Positions 24,160-37,480 of a stretch of DNA of 64,000 nucleotides are shown here, piece by piece (the stretch's first letter is position 1; every line of letters starts with the position of its first letter). The stretch is from Lama glama. Its lineage: Eukaryota. The notes beneath the pieces were generated by a model. It was not told the origin of the DNA. It saw only the letters and a list, made by a program, of their open reading frames with translations, and made no database searches. The position numbers and the translations under genes were made by a program. The stretch lies in assembly GCA_028534125.1 (NCBI GenBank), contig CM052816.1, forward strand, positions 24,120,001 to 24,184,000. Reading direction: 5' to 3'.

Positions 24160-25019
24160 GTAACAGATAGAATTAGTAATTAAATTTTTAAAATTAGTTG
24201 TAGATAAAAGCATCTCTAGGTGTGCACGTGTAGCCTCTCTCTCCTTGAGACTCATACGTCTGCTGTCTCAGCTTCTCTGCTTTTTATGGTATACCTGTTC
24301 ATTCTATAAACGATCCTCTCATCTTGTCAAGATGACAAACTACACTGGCCACTGGTTGCTTTCTGAAAATCAACCCTAAAGAAACTACAGAAGCCAGAGG
24401 GAAACTTGGATTTGAGGAACTAATAACAAAAAATAAATTAAATAAAGCACTTTGAGAAGTCCCTGGGAAGTCTGAAGACTCAGAAATTATTATGTGGTGC
24501 TGTGGAGGGGTGGAGGTTGGAGGGAAAGGAGAGAAAGGCTTCAGTCTGGTGGCTACGAGAAGAGAGGTGAAAGGAGAGCTTCCCTTCTACTCTTGCTTCT
24601 CCCCAACATGCACGATCACAGCCTGCAAATCAGCACAGAAACTGGCAGCAACAGCCAGGGCTGCAGGGGTCAGGAGGTACAAGAGGTGTGCAAAAGCCCT
24701 GCAGGAGAAAGGAGGGATGCAAAGGGTGGATGTGTACTGACCAGCTGCCTTTGGGTATTCTCCAAACCACCAGAGCAGAGACAGTAAATCTATGGAGACT
24801 GCATCTAGAGAGTTTAAATGGGAAATACAGACTAGAGGAGTTATTTGCAGGCGGTGAGCAAATTAGAGTGGTCACCATCAGTCCTCCGGCCCCTGAGGCT
24901 CTCTTCCCTAGCCTTAATTCACCTACAGGTACAGCAACTGAAGCCTGGGCTGTAGCCATTTCCCAGCACAGAACCATGTGTAGTAACTGCTAGTCCAAGG
25001 GGAGGAGGAGTTCTCTGAA

Positions 25020-25430
25020 GAAATAACCAGAAAGCCATATAAGGAATACAGCTACTATATAAGAAAGACAGCAAACTCAACAATATAAACCATCTAAATT
25101 AGAATTCTAAGAGGAAATGGACCAAGAAATTAAAATAATGATGATGACTATATTAAGAGGTTAAGGCTGATATCAGCAATATGAAGCAAAAACAAGAAAA
25201 CATAAGAAAGGACTCAACTGAGTAGTAGGTATGGAATATGTAGTGGCTGAAATGAATAAAGCAATAGATAAGATACGTAGAAAGATAGACAAAGCTGATG
25301 AATAAATCAGTGAGCTGGAAGCTCAGACTGAGAAACTCTCCCAGAGGTCAACAGGAACAAATAAAGACACACAGACAAAAAATACAAAGAAGCTAGGAGA
25401 TGTAGATGGTATTAGGAAAAGAGTCAATAC
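25020..25430 (+). mobile_element. Old L1/HAL1 ORF1 coiled-coil remnant
   Basis: A-rich decayed ORF1-like text: gacaaagctgatgaataaatcagtgagctggaagctcagactgagaaactctcccag. Confidence 0.6.
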
Positions 25431-25875
25431 CTGTTAGCTGTGGCTTTGCACTGTGTCAGCTTAGCTAGGCTGGACTCTTTCCCAGAATCCCCTTTCCTGT
25501 ACATTTCCAGTTAGGGTGGGCCATAAGCAAGATCCCTGTGAAAGGTTCAAAGAGCACTGTTACTTACCTGTCAGCTCCCCTCATGGGTGTGAAGAAGCAG
25601 TGGAGCCCCCAACTGCTCCAACTTCCACAGATCCTCTTAAGCTTCTCTGACTCCTAGACCAGGTGTGTGTTTGGCCATTGTGATGAAAGGCCGTGATCTC
25701 TGCAAGAAACACATAAAATCAAGGTTAGAGGCAAAGAGAATTAACATGAGTTTCAAGCTGTCCACAGGTCCAGCTTGTGCTTGTACAAGGGTTCCAACTT
25801 GTCCTGCTCACCCCCATCTGACTTCCATCTTCCCTTCCCAACTGCTTGCTCTGTAATTTTAAAGCTTCAGCAATG
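25431..25875. mobile_element. ERVL LTR (MLT2-like)
   Basis: tgtgtcagcttagctaggctggactctttcccagaatcccctttcctgt. Confidence 0.65.
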
Positions 25876-26109
25876 GAACTGATATACGATACATATATAT
25901 GTATATGTTATGTATATCTATTTTTTAATGCCATTACACTTGAAATACAATTTGGCTGGATATAAAATTCTAGGTTCAAATTTATTTTCTTTTAAGATTA
26001 AAAAGTATTTTTCCAATTTGTCATCTTGTGCCCACTGTTCAATTTCTTATTCTAGTCGATGACTTCTTTATTTCTGAAAGATTTTTTAATCCTTTCCTTG
26101 TATATACAG

Positions 26110-27670
26110 ACACTGATAAGTTTAAGAAATAAATAACGTAAGTAAATATGAGTAAGGGTCTTAAAAGCAGCCACATTTGAACAAAAATAGAATAACTTTT
26201 TGAGCTAGCAGAAAATAAAAAGAAAGTACCATAAATTGAAAATACAAGATATGGCAGGAGAAATAATTTCTAAAATAAAAGCAATTACAATAAATGTAAG
26301 TGAACTTAACTCACAAATAAAAAGACAAACACTTTCTGATGTCTGATTAAAAAGTAAAAGCAAAGTCTAAAAATATGTTGCCTATGAGAAACATTCTGAA
26401 AATCAAGACATAAAAGGTTTGAAAATGAAAGAGTGAAAGACAGAGGAAAAAAACAAAACCATGAAAGAAAGTTGGAACAGCAATCATAATAGCTGACGAA
26501 AAAAAAAAAAGTAAGGTGAAAGGTAAACAAACGAAAAAAAAACAGAGTCAGAAGAGATAACCATCACAAACAGATACACCTAATAATAGGTCACAATAAC
26601 TTACAGCACACAGAAACATATACACTTTTTAAAACCAAACCATCAAAAATGTATTAAGCAAACAAAAATTAAGCAGATTTTATATAAACAGTATAATTAG
26701 TAGGCTTATATTATTAATTACATTGTTCAGATCTTAAATATATATGTTCAATGGGATGCTGTGTATAACATATATGCTTTATATATATGCTATAATCGTT
26801 CATGAAACAAATAGCAGATGTACATTTTTAGAAGCATACACTTATTTACACTAACAGATTAGGTCTACAGGAAATATCAATAAACTCACCAGGAACAATA
26901 CCATGCAGATTGTATCTTCCCAACACAATGAATTAATATTATAAATTAATTATACAAAGTTTTTTAATGTCCTATATTTTGAAAATACCATATTACTAAA
27001 TAACCTATAGGTTAAAAATTAAAATATAATCAAAGTGAGGGAGTGTCTAGAATTGAGTGAACATGAAAACACAAAATGTGTGGGACGTAACTAAAAGGAG
27101 CATTTACACCTTTAAATATGTTTATCAGGAAACAGTAAAAGTTGAAAAGAACTATAGTAAGCATCCTACTCAGGAAGTTACAAGGAAGAACATCAAGGCA
27201 AGCCCAAAGAAGAAAAGGATATAATAAAGGGAAAGAAAGAACACGGGTTTTTTAATAGACAAAATGAATAAAACTAAAGTTCTACCTTGAAAAACTTACC
27301 AAGAGAAACCTCAGATAAAACTGATTAAGAGAAAAAAAGAGACAACAAAAGTAAATAAAGCACAGATCAAAATGAAGATGGGGAAATAATTAGATTTAAG
27401 AAATAAACATATAAAATGGGTAAATTCCTAGAAAACACAAGATGCCTAACTGTTCCAAGAATAAAAAGGGAATTTAAAGTAGACTTACAAGGATTAAAGA
27501 CATTTAATTGGTAGTTGAACCTCCATCCCAAATTGCTCTAGGCCTGGATGCTTTTAAAATAGAATCCATCAAACTGTTAAAAACCAATTCCTATGTGACA
27601 TAAGTTGTTCCAGAAAATGCAAAAAGAAAGAATAATCCTCAGTTCATTTTCTGAAGCTAATTTATCTCAT
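26110..27670 (+). mobile_element. Highly decayed old L1 ORF2 (endonuclease to RT region; L1ME-like)
   Basis: attacaataaatgtaagtgaacttaactcacaaataaaaagaca; tatgttgcctatgagaaac; aaatgggtaaattcctagaaaa; ctaggcctggatgctttta. Confidence 0.7.
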
Positions 27671-27872
27671 TTCCCTTAATGCCTCTGGCTTTTAAGCCAC
27701 AGTTTGGAAGTTTTCCTCACTGTCATGTTATCGAGCAATTCATTCACATCTTGCCTAGTACTTGCATGGTTTCACCGTATTTTTACATTTGCATTTCTGA
27801 TCCATTTGGAATTTATTTGGTATATACTGTAAATAATGAATCCAATTTTCTCTGTTCCCATATGGCTACACA

Positions 27873-28926
27873 CAGTGGTGTGCTGGAGCTGGCTCATGCT
27901 AGCTCACAAGAGCTGACTGTTAAATTTTTAGGAATTTTGTGAGCTGATTGCTAAATACAGCCAATATTATAAAATACATTATATAAATGTACAATGAAAT
28001 AAATCACGTTAAAAGCAAAACTAATAAATACTCAAAACACATCACTTCCTAATTATTTTAATACATTGTACTATTAGCAAGGTTCTTTGGGTGATTTTTG
28101 TCTGTTGCGTCCATATGGTAGAAATACTATAGGATGGTATGCTGCTGTATATCCTTTCTCAGCTCTGTATTAAACATCATACAGAGAGCATGAAATTGGC
28201 TACGGTGGGAGTACTCACACCATGGAAGTTGGCGATGCTAAAATCAGGGCTTAATTTATTGTTTTGTTGACTATATGGAATAGGCATCACTATGGCCAGT
28301 AGGCCAAATCCAGTCAGCCACCTGTTTTTGTAAATAAAATCTTACTGAATCATAGCCACACCTATTGTGGCTGCTTTTGTGCTATCATGGCAGAGGTGAA
28401 TGGTCGCAACAGACACTATATAATGCCTAAAAGCCTAAATAAAGTATTTCCTATCTGACCCTTAGAGGAAGTTTGCTGACCCTCCGGACTAGACTTAAGA
28501 AAATGATGGAGAAAATGTCAACGACGTAGATTTTTCTTAAAAATGCATTTTGTCTGTGGCTATTATACTGTGAATAGCACAAAAAATGAGGCATTTCCAA
28601 TATCTGAAAACTATTATCCAATGCAGCAAAGAAGGCCTCATGCTATTGACAAGTAAGTCAAGATTCAATGTGTCTTTGTCATTTCATTTCCATCTTATTC
28701 ATTAATGTAAATGAAAATATCAATCTACATTCACACAAGAGCAACACTTACCAATTACAAACATAGGTTGATTATGGATAAGAGTTTGGCAAACACCAAA
28801 GAAACCATTCTGTGACAATTAACTGTATGGAATTTACAATATAGAATATACTATATCATACATATGTATACATACACAACACATACATGTATGTGTGTGT
28901 GTTAAACATTTAACAGCACAGTACTG
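27873..28926. mobile_element. MER63-like hAT-Blackjack DNA transposon with intact 8-bp TSD
   Basis: Termini cagtggtgtgctg ... cagcacagtactg, TSD gctacaca at 27865-27872 and 28927-28934. An 8-bp TSD is typical of hAT elements. Confidence 0.9.
28280..28490. mobile_element. MER58A-like hAT-Charlie MITE nested in the MER63-like element
   Basis: ggccaaatccagtcagccacctgtttttgtaaataaa...gaagtttgctgacccct. Confidence 0.85.
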
Positions 28927-29139
28927 GCTACACAACATTTCAATTTCACTTATTAAAAAGTTTATAACTCTAGTTTAAGGTGAACACAATAAAACCATTA
29001 TCTGTGACATTGGTCTGGAACTATAAAGCAAGGAACAAAGTTTTAATAGCTGGATTCCATTGACAAATACTATGCTGAATTTTCCTAAGTGTGCAAACCT
29101 TTCTGTAAGTAAACCACAATCTTCTATTATTAAAATTAC

Positions 29140-30040
29140 TTATTTTTAAAAATGTATCTTTTCCTTACTGATTTGAGACTCTCCCTTTATTGTAACTAAA
29201 TGTCCATATACATGTCCATGTTTAGTTTATTTCTCATTACTCTCTTTTGTTCTGCTAGTCTATCTGTCTACTCATGTGTCAATACCAAACTGTCTTAGTT
29301 ATAAAGGGTTTGTAATTTGTTGTAATGTAACTGCAAACCCTCCCAGTCTCTCACCCAACTGCTGTTCTCTTTCAGGATGTTTTAGCCATTCTTGCTTGTT
29401 TGTTCTTTCAGATAAGTTTTATAATCAAGTTGTGTTGCTCTACATGGAAAAAAATCTGGTGATATTATTATCAGGTATTTCATAAGTTTATAAAATAAAA
29501 TAGGGAAAACATATTGTTTAATGATGTTGAGTTTTTCTATCCAAGAACAAGGCATATTTTCCATTTATTCAAATCAACTTCTGTACCCTTTGGGTTTATT
29601 TTCCTCCTGTAGGTTCTGGAGACTTCTAATCAAGTTTTACCTCGACATTTTTTTTTAATCATAAAAGGGGTCTTCTTTTCCATTACATTTTGTAATTGGT
29701 TTTTCCTCTATTATGAAGGTTATTGATTTTTGAATGTTAATTATAAGCTGCTACATTACTAACTTCTTTTATTCGAGGTCATTTTTTACTAATTCTTTTG
29801 GGGTTTTCAGATATATAATCATGTCATCTGAAAACAGAGTTCTAACTCTTTGTTTCTATTATATCCTCCAATACTTTTCTCTTGTCTAATTAAAATACGT
29901 AAGAGCTTCAAAATAATGTTATATAAGAGTTGTATGATTCCTCTGTAATACCTGAGTTTACTGGAAAAGCCTTAATGTCTCATTAAAAAGCATGCAAAGT
30001 TGGTGGCTGAATTATATATATCTTATCATGTTGAGAAAGT
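29140..30040 (-). mobile_element. Old L1 ORF2 remnant
   Basis: Minus ORF ...MPCSWIEKLNIIK...FPILFYK resembles L1 ORF2p (PCSWIGRINIVK). Confidence 0.8.
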
Positions 30041-30475
30041 GTAGTAGTCTGAATAATGGCCCCCAAAGATATTAAGTGCTATTCCTTAGAACCTGTAAAT
30101 GTTACCTTATATGACAAAGACTTGCAGATATGCATCAAGTAAGGGTTTTGAGATGAAGATATTATGCTGGATTAGATGTGTAGACCCTAAATGCAATCAC
30201 ATGTATCCTTATAAGAGGAAGACAGGAGATGTGATACATACAGAAGGAGAGAAAGCAATGTACTCATGGTGGCAGAGATTGAAATGATGTGGCCACAAGC
30301 CAAGGAATGCTGGCAGCCACCAGAAGGTGGAAGAGGCAAGGAGTAGATTTTTCCCGTGAGCTTCCAGAGGGGGTGTGGCCCTACCAGCACCTTGACTGTG
30401 GTATAGTGTTAATGATTTTAGATGTCTGGCCTCCAAAACTTTGAGAGAATACATTCTGTTGTTTTAAGCTCCCCA
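30040..30475. mobile_element. MaLR solo LTR (MLT1C/D-like)
   Basis: gaataatggcccccaaagat...aatgttaccttatatg...gccacaagccaaggaatgctggcagccaccagaag...tggcctccaaaact. Confidence 0.9.
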
Positions 30476-31286
30476 ATATTATAACTATTCAGATAGCTCA
30501 GCATGGTTGCCAACATCAACTTAAATATTTTAAACTTACAAAATCATAAAAGGCATATTATAAAAGATAAAGAGCCATTCACTATTCAGAACCGTATAGC
30601 ATCTTAGAATTAATTTTAGCCAAGACTACACTCCAAAGACACAAACCATGACAAAAACTTATGAATCTGATTAAAGCAAAACTAAGAATTTCTAGTCAAT
30701 GAACAAAATAATGGATAGAGTTAACAGACAGAAGATCAGGAGAAGATATTTGCAAAACATAGAACTAACATGGGACAAATATCCAGAGCATACACAGAAA
30801 TGTTGCAAAGCAACTAGAAAAATATAGGAACTTCAAAAAAAACAGACAAAAGATATGAGTAAGTAATTTACAGGAAAGGAAACGGAAGGCTAAGGAGCAT
30901 ATAAAGAGATATTCTAACTAACTGGTATTCAGAGAAATGCAAACTAAACCAAACTAACATCAGTTCTTCGTGACTTAATCCATCAATTCAACACAATCTC
31001 AATTAAAATCCCAGCAAGTTATTTGGTGGATACAGAAAAACTAACTCAAAGTTTAAGTGGAGAGACAAAAGATCCAGAAGAGCCAACACTATACTATAGG
31101 AGAAGAACAAAGTCAGAACACCACCTAATATCAAAACTTAATATAAATCTATACTAACCACGGCAATGCAGTATTGGCAAAGGGAAAGACATCTAGATCA
31201 ATGAAATGGCATAGAGAACCCAGAAACAGACATACATAAATGTAGTCAACCAATCTTTGACAAAGCAAAGAAGAAAAGGTAGTTCT

Positions 31287-31420
31287 CTTTTTAATCAAAT
31301 AAATTTGACATGTAACAGTATGTAACATTATGTACAATGTATTACCTTGATACATTTGTATATCATAATATGATTGCAGATATAGCAATATTTATCATAT
31401 TACATAATTATTATATAATA
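31287..31420 (-). mobile_element. L1MA9-like 3' tip nested in the older L1
   Basis: tttttaatcaaataaatttgacatgtaaca...ttgatacatttgtatatcataatatgattgc interrupts the host at tagttctctt | caacaaatggtgct. Confidence 0.55.
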
Positions 31421-32210
31421 AACAACAAATGGTGCTAGAACAACTCGACATCCATTCATAAACTCATCCATTCACAAAACTTACTCCCTTCTCAAAAATT
31501 AACTCAAAATAGATCATAGACCAAAATAAAAAATGTAAAAGCATAAAACTAATAGAACATAACATAGAAGAAAATCTAAACGACCTTGGGTTTCACATGG
31601 CTTTTTAGATACAACACTAAAGGCATGATCCATGAAAGAAATAACTGATAAGCTGGATTTCATTAAAATTAAAGACTTCTGCTTTGCAAAAGTCAAGAGA
31701 ATGAGAAGACAAGCCAGACTGTGAGAAAGCATTTATTTGCAAAAGACATATCTAATAAAGGACTGTTATCCAAAATACACAAAAACTCCTAAAACTCAAC
31801 AATAAAATACCCAATTAAAAATTGGACAAATGATCTGGACACCTCACCAAAAAAGATACACAGATGGCAAATAAGCATATGAAAAGATGACCCACATCAT
31901 TTATCATTAGGGAAATGCAAATTAAAACACTAATGAGAGACCACTACACACCTATTAGGATGGTGGAAATCCAGAACACTGACAACACCAACACCAAGTG
32001 CTGCTGAAGATGTGGAGCAGCAGGAACTCTTGCTGGTAGGAATGCAAAATGCTACAGCTACTTTGGAAGATAGTTTGGGGGTTTCTTACAAAACTAAACA
32101 TATTCGTACCTACAATCTAACAATGGCATTTATTATTATTTACCCAAATGAGCTGGAAGTTTACACAAAAACCTGCACACAGATGTTTACAGTAGCTTTG
32201 TTCCTGATTG

Positions 32211-32492
32211 CTATCAAGTATAAGCTAAAGGAGTTCCGTATCCCAAACCAGCTTTACAAGAAATGTTAAAAGGGCTTCTCTAAGAAGTAAAAAGAAAGAA
32301 GTAAAAAAACAAAAAGGCCACAACGGAGAACATGAAAATTGTGGCAGGAAAAAGCTCATCAGTAAAGGCAAATATACAGTAAAGGCAGTAAATCAACCAC
32401 GTACAAAGCTAGTAGGAAGGTTAAAAGACAAAAGTTGTAAAAGTATCTATATCCACCATACCCAGTTAAGGGATACACAAAACAAATGGACA
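32211..32492 (+). mobile_element. Internal L1 fragment (ORF1 end and inter-ORF region) nested in the older L1 3' end
   Basis: aagctaaaggagttc...aaaccagctttacaagaaatgttaaaggg is the L1 ORF1 C-terminus. The host resumes at aacttggaagcaacc. Confidence 0.65.
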
Positions 32493-33094
32493 TAACTGTC
32501 ATAACTTGGAAGCAACCAAGACATCCTTCAGTAGTTACTGAGTAAGTAAAATGTGATACATTCAGGCAACAAAATATTACTCGGCAGTAATAAGAAGTGA
32601 GCAACAGAGTTATGGGATGGCATGAAGAAAATCTTAAATGCATATTACCAAGAGAAAGAAGCCAATTGGAAAAGGTTATATACTGTGTGATTCAAAATAT
32701 GTAACATTCTGGAGAAGGCAAAACTACATACAGAGACAGTGAAAAGACTGGTGACTGCCAGAGGTCAGGGACGAGAGAGGGGTGAACTGGAGGAGCACAG
32801 CAGATTTTTCAGAGCGGTGAAATTCTTCTGTATGATGCTATAATGGTGGACACGTGCCAACACCTATGGAATATATAATACCAAGAATGAATTCTAATGT
32901 AAATTTGGACTCTGGGTGATGATGTGTCAATGTAGGTTCATCAGTTATAACATATGTACCACTCTGGTGCAGGATGTTGACAAGGGAGAAGGCTGGGTCA
33001 GGGCAAGGTATAAATGGAAACTTTTTTTACCTTCCATTCAACTTTGCTATAAACTTAAAACTGCTCTAAAAACTAAGTTTATTTAAAAGACAAA

Positions 33095-33700
33095 AAATAA
33101 AATGAGGCATCACTTTGCTCCTATAATGTGGGCAGATACTAAAAAGCTGGGAAAGGTCAAGTGCTGGTGGAGAGGAAGGGATATCACACTCTACTGGTGG
33201 GCACATAGACCGGTGCACACTCTGTAGCACAATCTGGCAAAGCTGAAGTGCATTTGTCAGCATAAGTGTGCACATTTCTCAAACCCATTCCTGAGACCCT
33301 ACCACAAAGAGAGCCTCACATACATCTGTCAGGGAACACACAAGAGGGTGTACATTTCAATGTTGTTCACTGGAGACTATCTGGATGCTCAATGCCTGGA
33401 ACGAGGGAAGGGGAGGTGAACAGGTCAAATATGGTGGTTGTAGCAGTTAGAAGACCACCGACCTGAAAGACACATGGCAACATGTGTAATACTAAAACAC
33501 AGTGAAAGAAGAAAGATACAGAATGAGGTATAGAACACAATACCACTGAAAGTGAATTTTAAATATATGGACCCAGTAAAGACATACAAATAATACAAAG
33601 AAAAGAATCCACATTAAATACATTGGAATCATTTCCTATGTGGGAAGAGGCAAACAGGAGTAAGGAACTTGCATAAAATTTGTAATAAAGTAAAAAGAAA
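33095..33700 (+). mobile_element. L1ME-like 3' remnant
   Basis: aaaatgaggcatcacttt...caagtgctggtggag...ctactggtggg...agcacaatctggcaa. Confidence 0.55.
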
Positions 33701-33796
33701 CTAAATTAAACAGCAGTTTTGTAAGTACTGACATGGCATAAACTGAGTGTGGTCAATTTAAACCTCCACACCTGAGCTCCAATAACTAAAGGAATA

Positions 33797-33845
33797 AAGG
33801 AAGGAAGGAAGGAAGGAAGGAAGGAAGGAAGGCAGGAAGGAAGGA

Positions 33846-33888
<43 letters not shown>

Positions 33889-33891
33889 CAA
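33797..33891. repeat. (GGAA)n-(GGCA)n compound microsatellite
   Basis: Direct reading. Confidence 0.98.
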
Positions 33892-34189
33892 GAAGAAACT
33901 ATTCTCTCCCATTATGGCCACTGTAATACCACCACTACCACCACTGCCCCAGAGAGTTCCATTTTCAACCCTTGACCTTCATCTTATATCTAAGTTTGAA
34001 GTTCTTTATACAATAACAATTAAGAAGCTCTTTTACTTCAGGATGCAAATACTGTCCATATAATCTTCTACCCTCATCTCAGTAAGTCCTCTCCCACCTT
34101 CCACACCTTATGCTGCAATTTCTGACGCCCCCCTTGCTCATTACGTGATATGAACAAACACACTTGAGAGAAGAGGGGAAGGGTCTCCT

Positions 34190-34560
34190 TACCTAGAGGG
34201 CGACAGCACTGTGCAGGGAAAGAACAGCATGTGCAAATGTGTGGTGACACACAGGGAGCATGTGGAGACCTGCATTCAGACCACGGAGAACCCTGGTCTG
34301 ACTGAAATTTAGGGTGAGAAAGGGGAGCTCTAGGAAATGACTCTGCAGAGGAAAAGAGAGTCGGATCAGTTTACAAATGATTGTAGGTGAGGCTAAGGAG
34401 TTTGAATTTAAACCCGAGGCAAATGCAGAGTCACTGAAGAATGTTAAGCAAGGAAGGGAGTGACTTGATTGGATCTGTATTGAGAACAATCACTCTGACA
34501 GCAACATGGAGGAAAGGGAGGGCAGGAAAGAGGGAGCCAGTTAGAAGGATGCAGCCGTCC
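34190..34560 (-). mobile_element. L2 fragment
   Basis: gaacagcatgtgcaaa...ctaaggagtttgaattt...aagcaaggaagggagtgacttgattggatctg...aatcactctgacagc. Confidence 0.75.
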
Positions 34561-35214
34561 TCCTTGCTAGAGCATTCATGAATTTAACAAAAGCCCTTGG
34601 TAGCATGACTCTCTTAGAGGATGACACATCCATTGTAAAGTCAGAGGACTAGATAACATGGTTTCCACATGTCTCTCCCTGCTCTATGATTTTTCAAATC
34701 CTGCTTACTTTATATTCAATCCAAGAAAGCAGTGATGAAGCAGAGAAATCTGCAAATTTGTAATCAATATGCAGAACTCACATTTCACAGACAGGAGGCA
34801 TTAAAGGCTATACACAATGCTGAATGCGTAGATAACTCTCTGTGATCAAGCACACTTTACAACTGATGATGAATTTTTTGGATTCAGGTGAGGTCTGCTA
34901 TTTTTTTAGGTTTTACTGTTTCTAAGTGTGTGGGAATACTCTGTTGAGTTTCATGATGAATATTCTAAACCAGGGCCGAAATATTTTAACTTCACTAGAG
35001 TCATTGCTGTATCTCCCATTCTAAATAAGATTGGACTTGATAGGAAAATCTAGGGCATTGCCTTGACAATTACCAGGCTTAGTCTTAGTTCCACTTAGGC
35101 TTTATATAACTCCAATCAGACAAAAAGCAGAGGGCTGCACGTGGCAGAAATGGGTCATCACCTCTGCCTCTTTTTATCAGAGCGTTCGGACTCCAACAGT
35201 AACTAAACACAACA

Positions 35215-35390
35215 TTAAGCCACTTGTACACAACCCTGGCTGCAAGTTAGAATCACTTGAGCATCTGTCACAAATTCCTTGTGCCAAGGCCCAATCCCTA
35301 GTTTCTGATTTAATTGATCTGGAGTGAGAAGGCTTTAGAAGCTTTCCAAATGATTTTAACATGCAACCAGGGTTAAAAACCACTGCACTG
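35215..35390. mobile_element. MER5-like hAT-Charlie element
   Basis: aaccctggctgcaagttagaatcacttg...tgattttaacatgcaaccagggttaaaaaccactg. Confidence 0.75.
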
Positions 35391-36436
35391 GAAAATTAAC
35401 ACAGCGATTCCCGAGATGCTGCCCAGGGATGGCTGGAAGTTGGGAAGGTCTTCCAAGTGGCTGGTAGTTTGGATTCTTGTGTGTTTGGGTTATTGTATGG
35501 CTTGCCAAAAAAAAAAAAAAAAGAATTTTCACATTAAAAATAAGTCAATTCTATCATTGATGTCCCACCTGAAGGGCACCAGTGTTTTCATAAATCTGTT
35601 TGGTAGTTTCACAGAATTGTTTTAATGGAGCAAGGGGAAGTAGGAGGAAAGGGAAGAGAGGGAGGAAATGCAGAGATTCCACTATGAGAGTTCTCACACA
35701 AGAGTTTGAGAACCACTGGGTCCAGGGAGCAGGGTCCACTGCAAGGAAACAGCACATGTGCAGGACACCATCTGCTTCCCATTATGCCCTGGGGTGGGGG
35801 GCGCTTCTGAGCTCTGTCATATTATAGTCTTCTACATTGTAGCATGAAATTGCCAGATTTTTTTTTTAAGGATTGTGGATCACAATGCTGCCAAGTGACC
35901 TATCGATGCTCTCCCTCTCTCTCTCTCCTTTTTTAAGAAAAAGCCTCAAATCAATAGAGGGCTTTTATTGCATCTTTAAAGTATCACAAATAAATCTGAG
36001 GAACCATCCAGCATCCTATAGTTTCCACAGCTGGACAACCCTCAGAGCTTATTCAGCAGCCTGCTCAACTCTTCCTTTTTCAGTGATAAATACCATGCAA
36101 AAAGTTTCTAATATCCTTGCTTTTAACCGTTGTGGCTGAATCAAAGCAGCTAAATTTGATATGAATTCAATGTCATTTCCTTCAAGACTTAAGTCATCTT
36201 TCTGGGCTTGAAATAATGAACAAGCAACGCATGGCCTCATCTGAATCCTGCGAATATATTTTTCAACCAACAAATTCCAGATTTCCACAAGAGACCTGTT
36301 TTACTGAATAACACCGTTGATGGGGAAGTGAGAAAACACACATCCTGTGACGGAAGCCCAGTACCTCGCTCTCGAGCATGCTCTGTATATGAACTACAGA
36401 GAGTCTGCACTGTGGCCAGTTTCTTTCTGCTTCCCC

Positions 36437-36710
36437 ACTGCTACAGACTGAGTGTTTGTGTTCCTCCCAAATTCATATATTGAAACCTAATCCCCAGTAT
36501 AGTGGCAACTGAAGGTGGGGCCTTTGAGAGGTGGAGTCCTCATGAAAGGGAGTAGTGACTATATACCTATGGACCAGGAAGCAGGTCCGCATGGGCAATA
36601 AAATCTGCAGCACTTTGATCTTGAACTTTCCAGCCTCCAGGACTATGAGAAGTGTCTGTTGTTTATAAGCCACCCAACCTATGCAATTCTGTTACAGCAG
36701 CTTGAACTGA
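36437..36710. mobile_element. MaLR solo LTR (MLT1A-like, internally deleted)
   Basis: tgctacagactgagtgtttgtgttcctcccaaattcatatattgaaacctaatcccc...ttgatcttgaactttccagcctccag. Confidence 0.85.
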
Positions 36711-37023
36711 TGCTCATCATTCATCAACCCAGAGCTTCTTCTTTTTCTTTCCAAGGAGACTGAGCTCTATAGTGACGTGATTTAAGTCCCTCCCCAGGGT
36801 TCTTCTGGGACCCTTCATAATAACTGTGCATCCCTGCATCCCTTCAGAGTGATGTCCACATTTCCTAGGATAGTAACACTCTGATTTCTTAAGATGGTCC
36901 TCATTCTCACAGTAGATGTGGCAAAGAGCTCAAGGTCTCTTGATAATGATAGAGGGAGGGGTCTTATTTATGGTATTCTTTCTTTTCTATCATTATAAGA
37001 ATTATTATATAAAAATATAGTTA

Positions 37024-37480
37024 TGTATTCATTTTCTAGCATTGCCATAACAATGTGCCATAAACTAGGTGGCTTAGAATAAACAAAATTTATTGTCCAC
37101 AGTTCTGGAGGTCAGCAGTCTAAAATTAAGGTGCCACTGGGGCCACATTCCCCCAGAAAACTGTAGGGGAATCCTTTCTTGCTTCTCCCTAGCATCTAGG
37201 GGTTTTGCCACCAATCTTTGTTGTTCCTTGGCTTGCAGCCAGTTAACTCCAATCTCTGCCTTCATCGTCACTCACTATGTTCTACGTGCCACTGTCTTCA
37301 CAAGAGCATCTTCTTATAAGGACATCAGTCATACTGGAGTAGGGCCCACCTTACTCCAATATGATTTTATCTCGAGTAATTATATCTGCAGCAACCCTAT
37401 TTCCAAACAAGTTCACATTCTGAGGTACTAGGGGCTAGGACATAACATGTCTTTTGGGGGGACACAATTCAACCCACAAC
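37024..37480. mobile_element. MaLR solo LTR (MLT1C-like)
   Basis: ttgccataacaatgtgccataaactaggtggcttag...cttataaggacatcagtcatactgga...cacattctgaggtact...acacaattcaacccacaaca. Confidence 0.9.

Larger units (their letters stand above)
30480..33085 (+). mobile_element. Stack of old L1 pieces: L1ME-like 30480-30960 and L1MC/MD-like ORF2 3' half plus 3' UTR 30970-33085, with nested inserts
   Basis: caattaaaatcccagcaagttattt; ggaaatgcaaattaaaacactaatgagagaccactacacacctattag; terminal aaacttaaaactgctctaaaaa. Confidence 0.85.

Noticed and set aside
24492..24993. Four overlapping ORFs in a GC-richer stretch
   Set aside because: No recognisable homology; next to an old L1/HAL1 ORF1 remnant and probably its 5' region
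33706..33921. ORF with PACL/PSFL repeats (and the YI-repeat ORFs at 23933-24255)
   Set aside because: Translations of microsatellites
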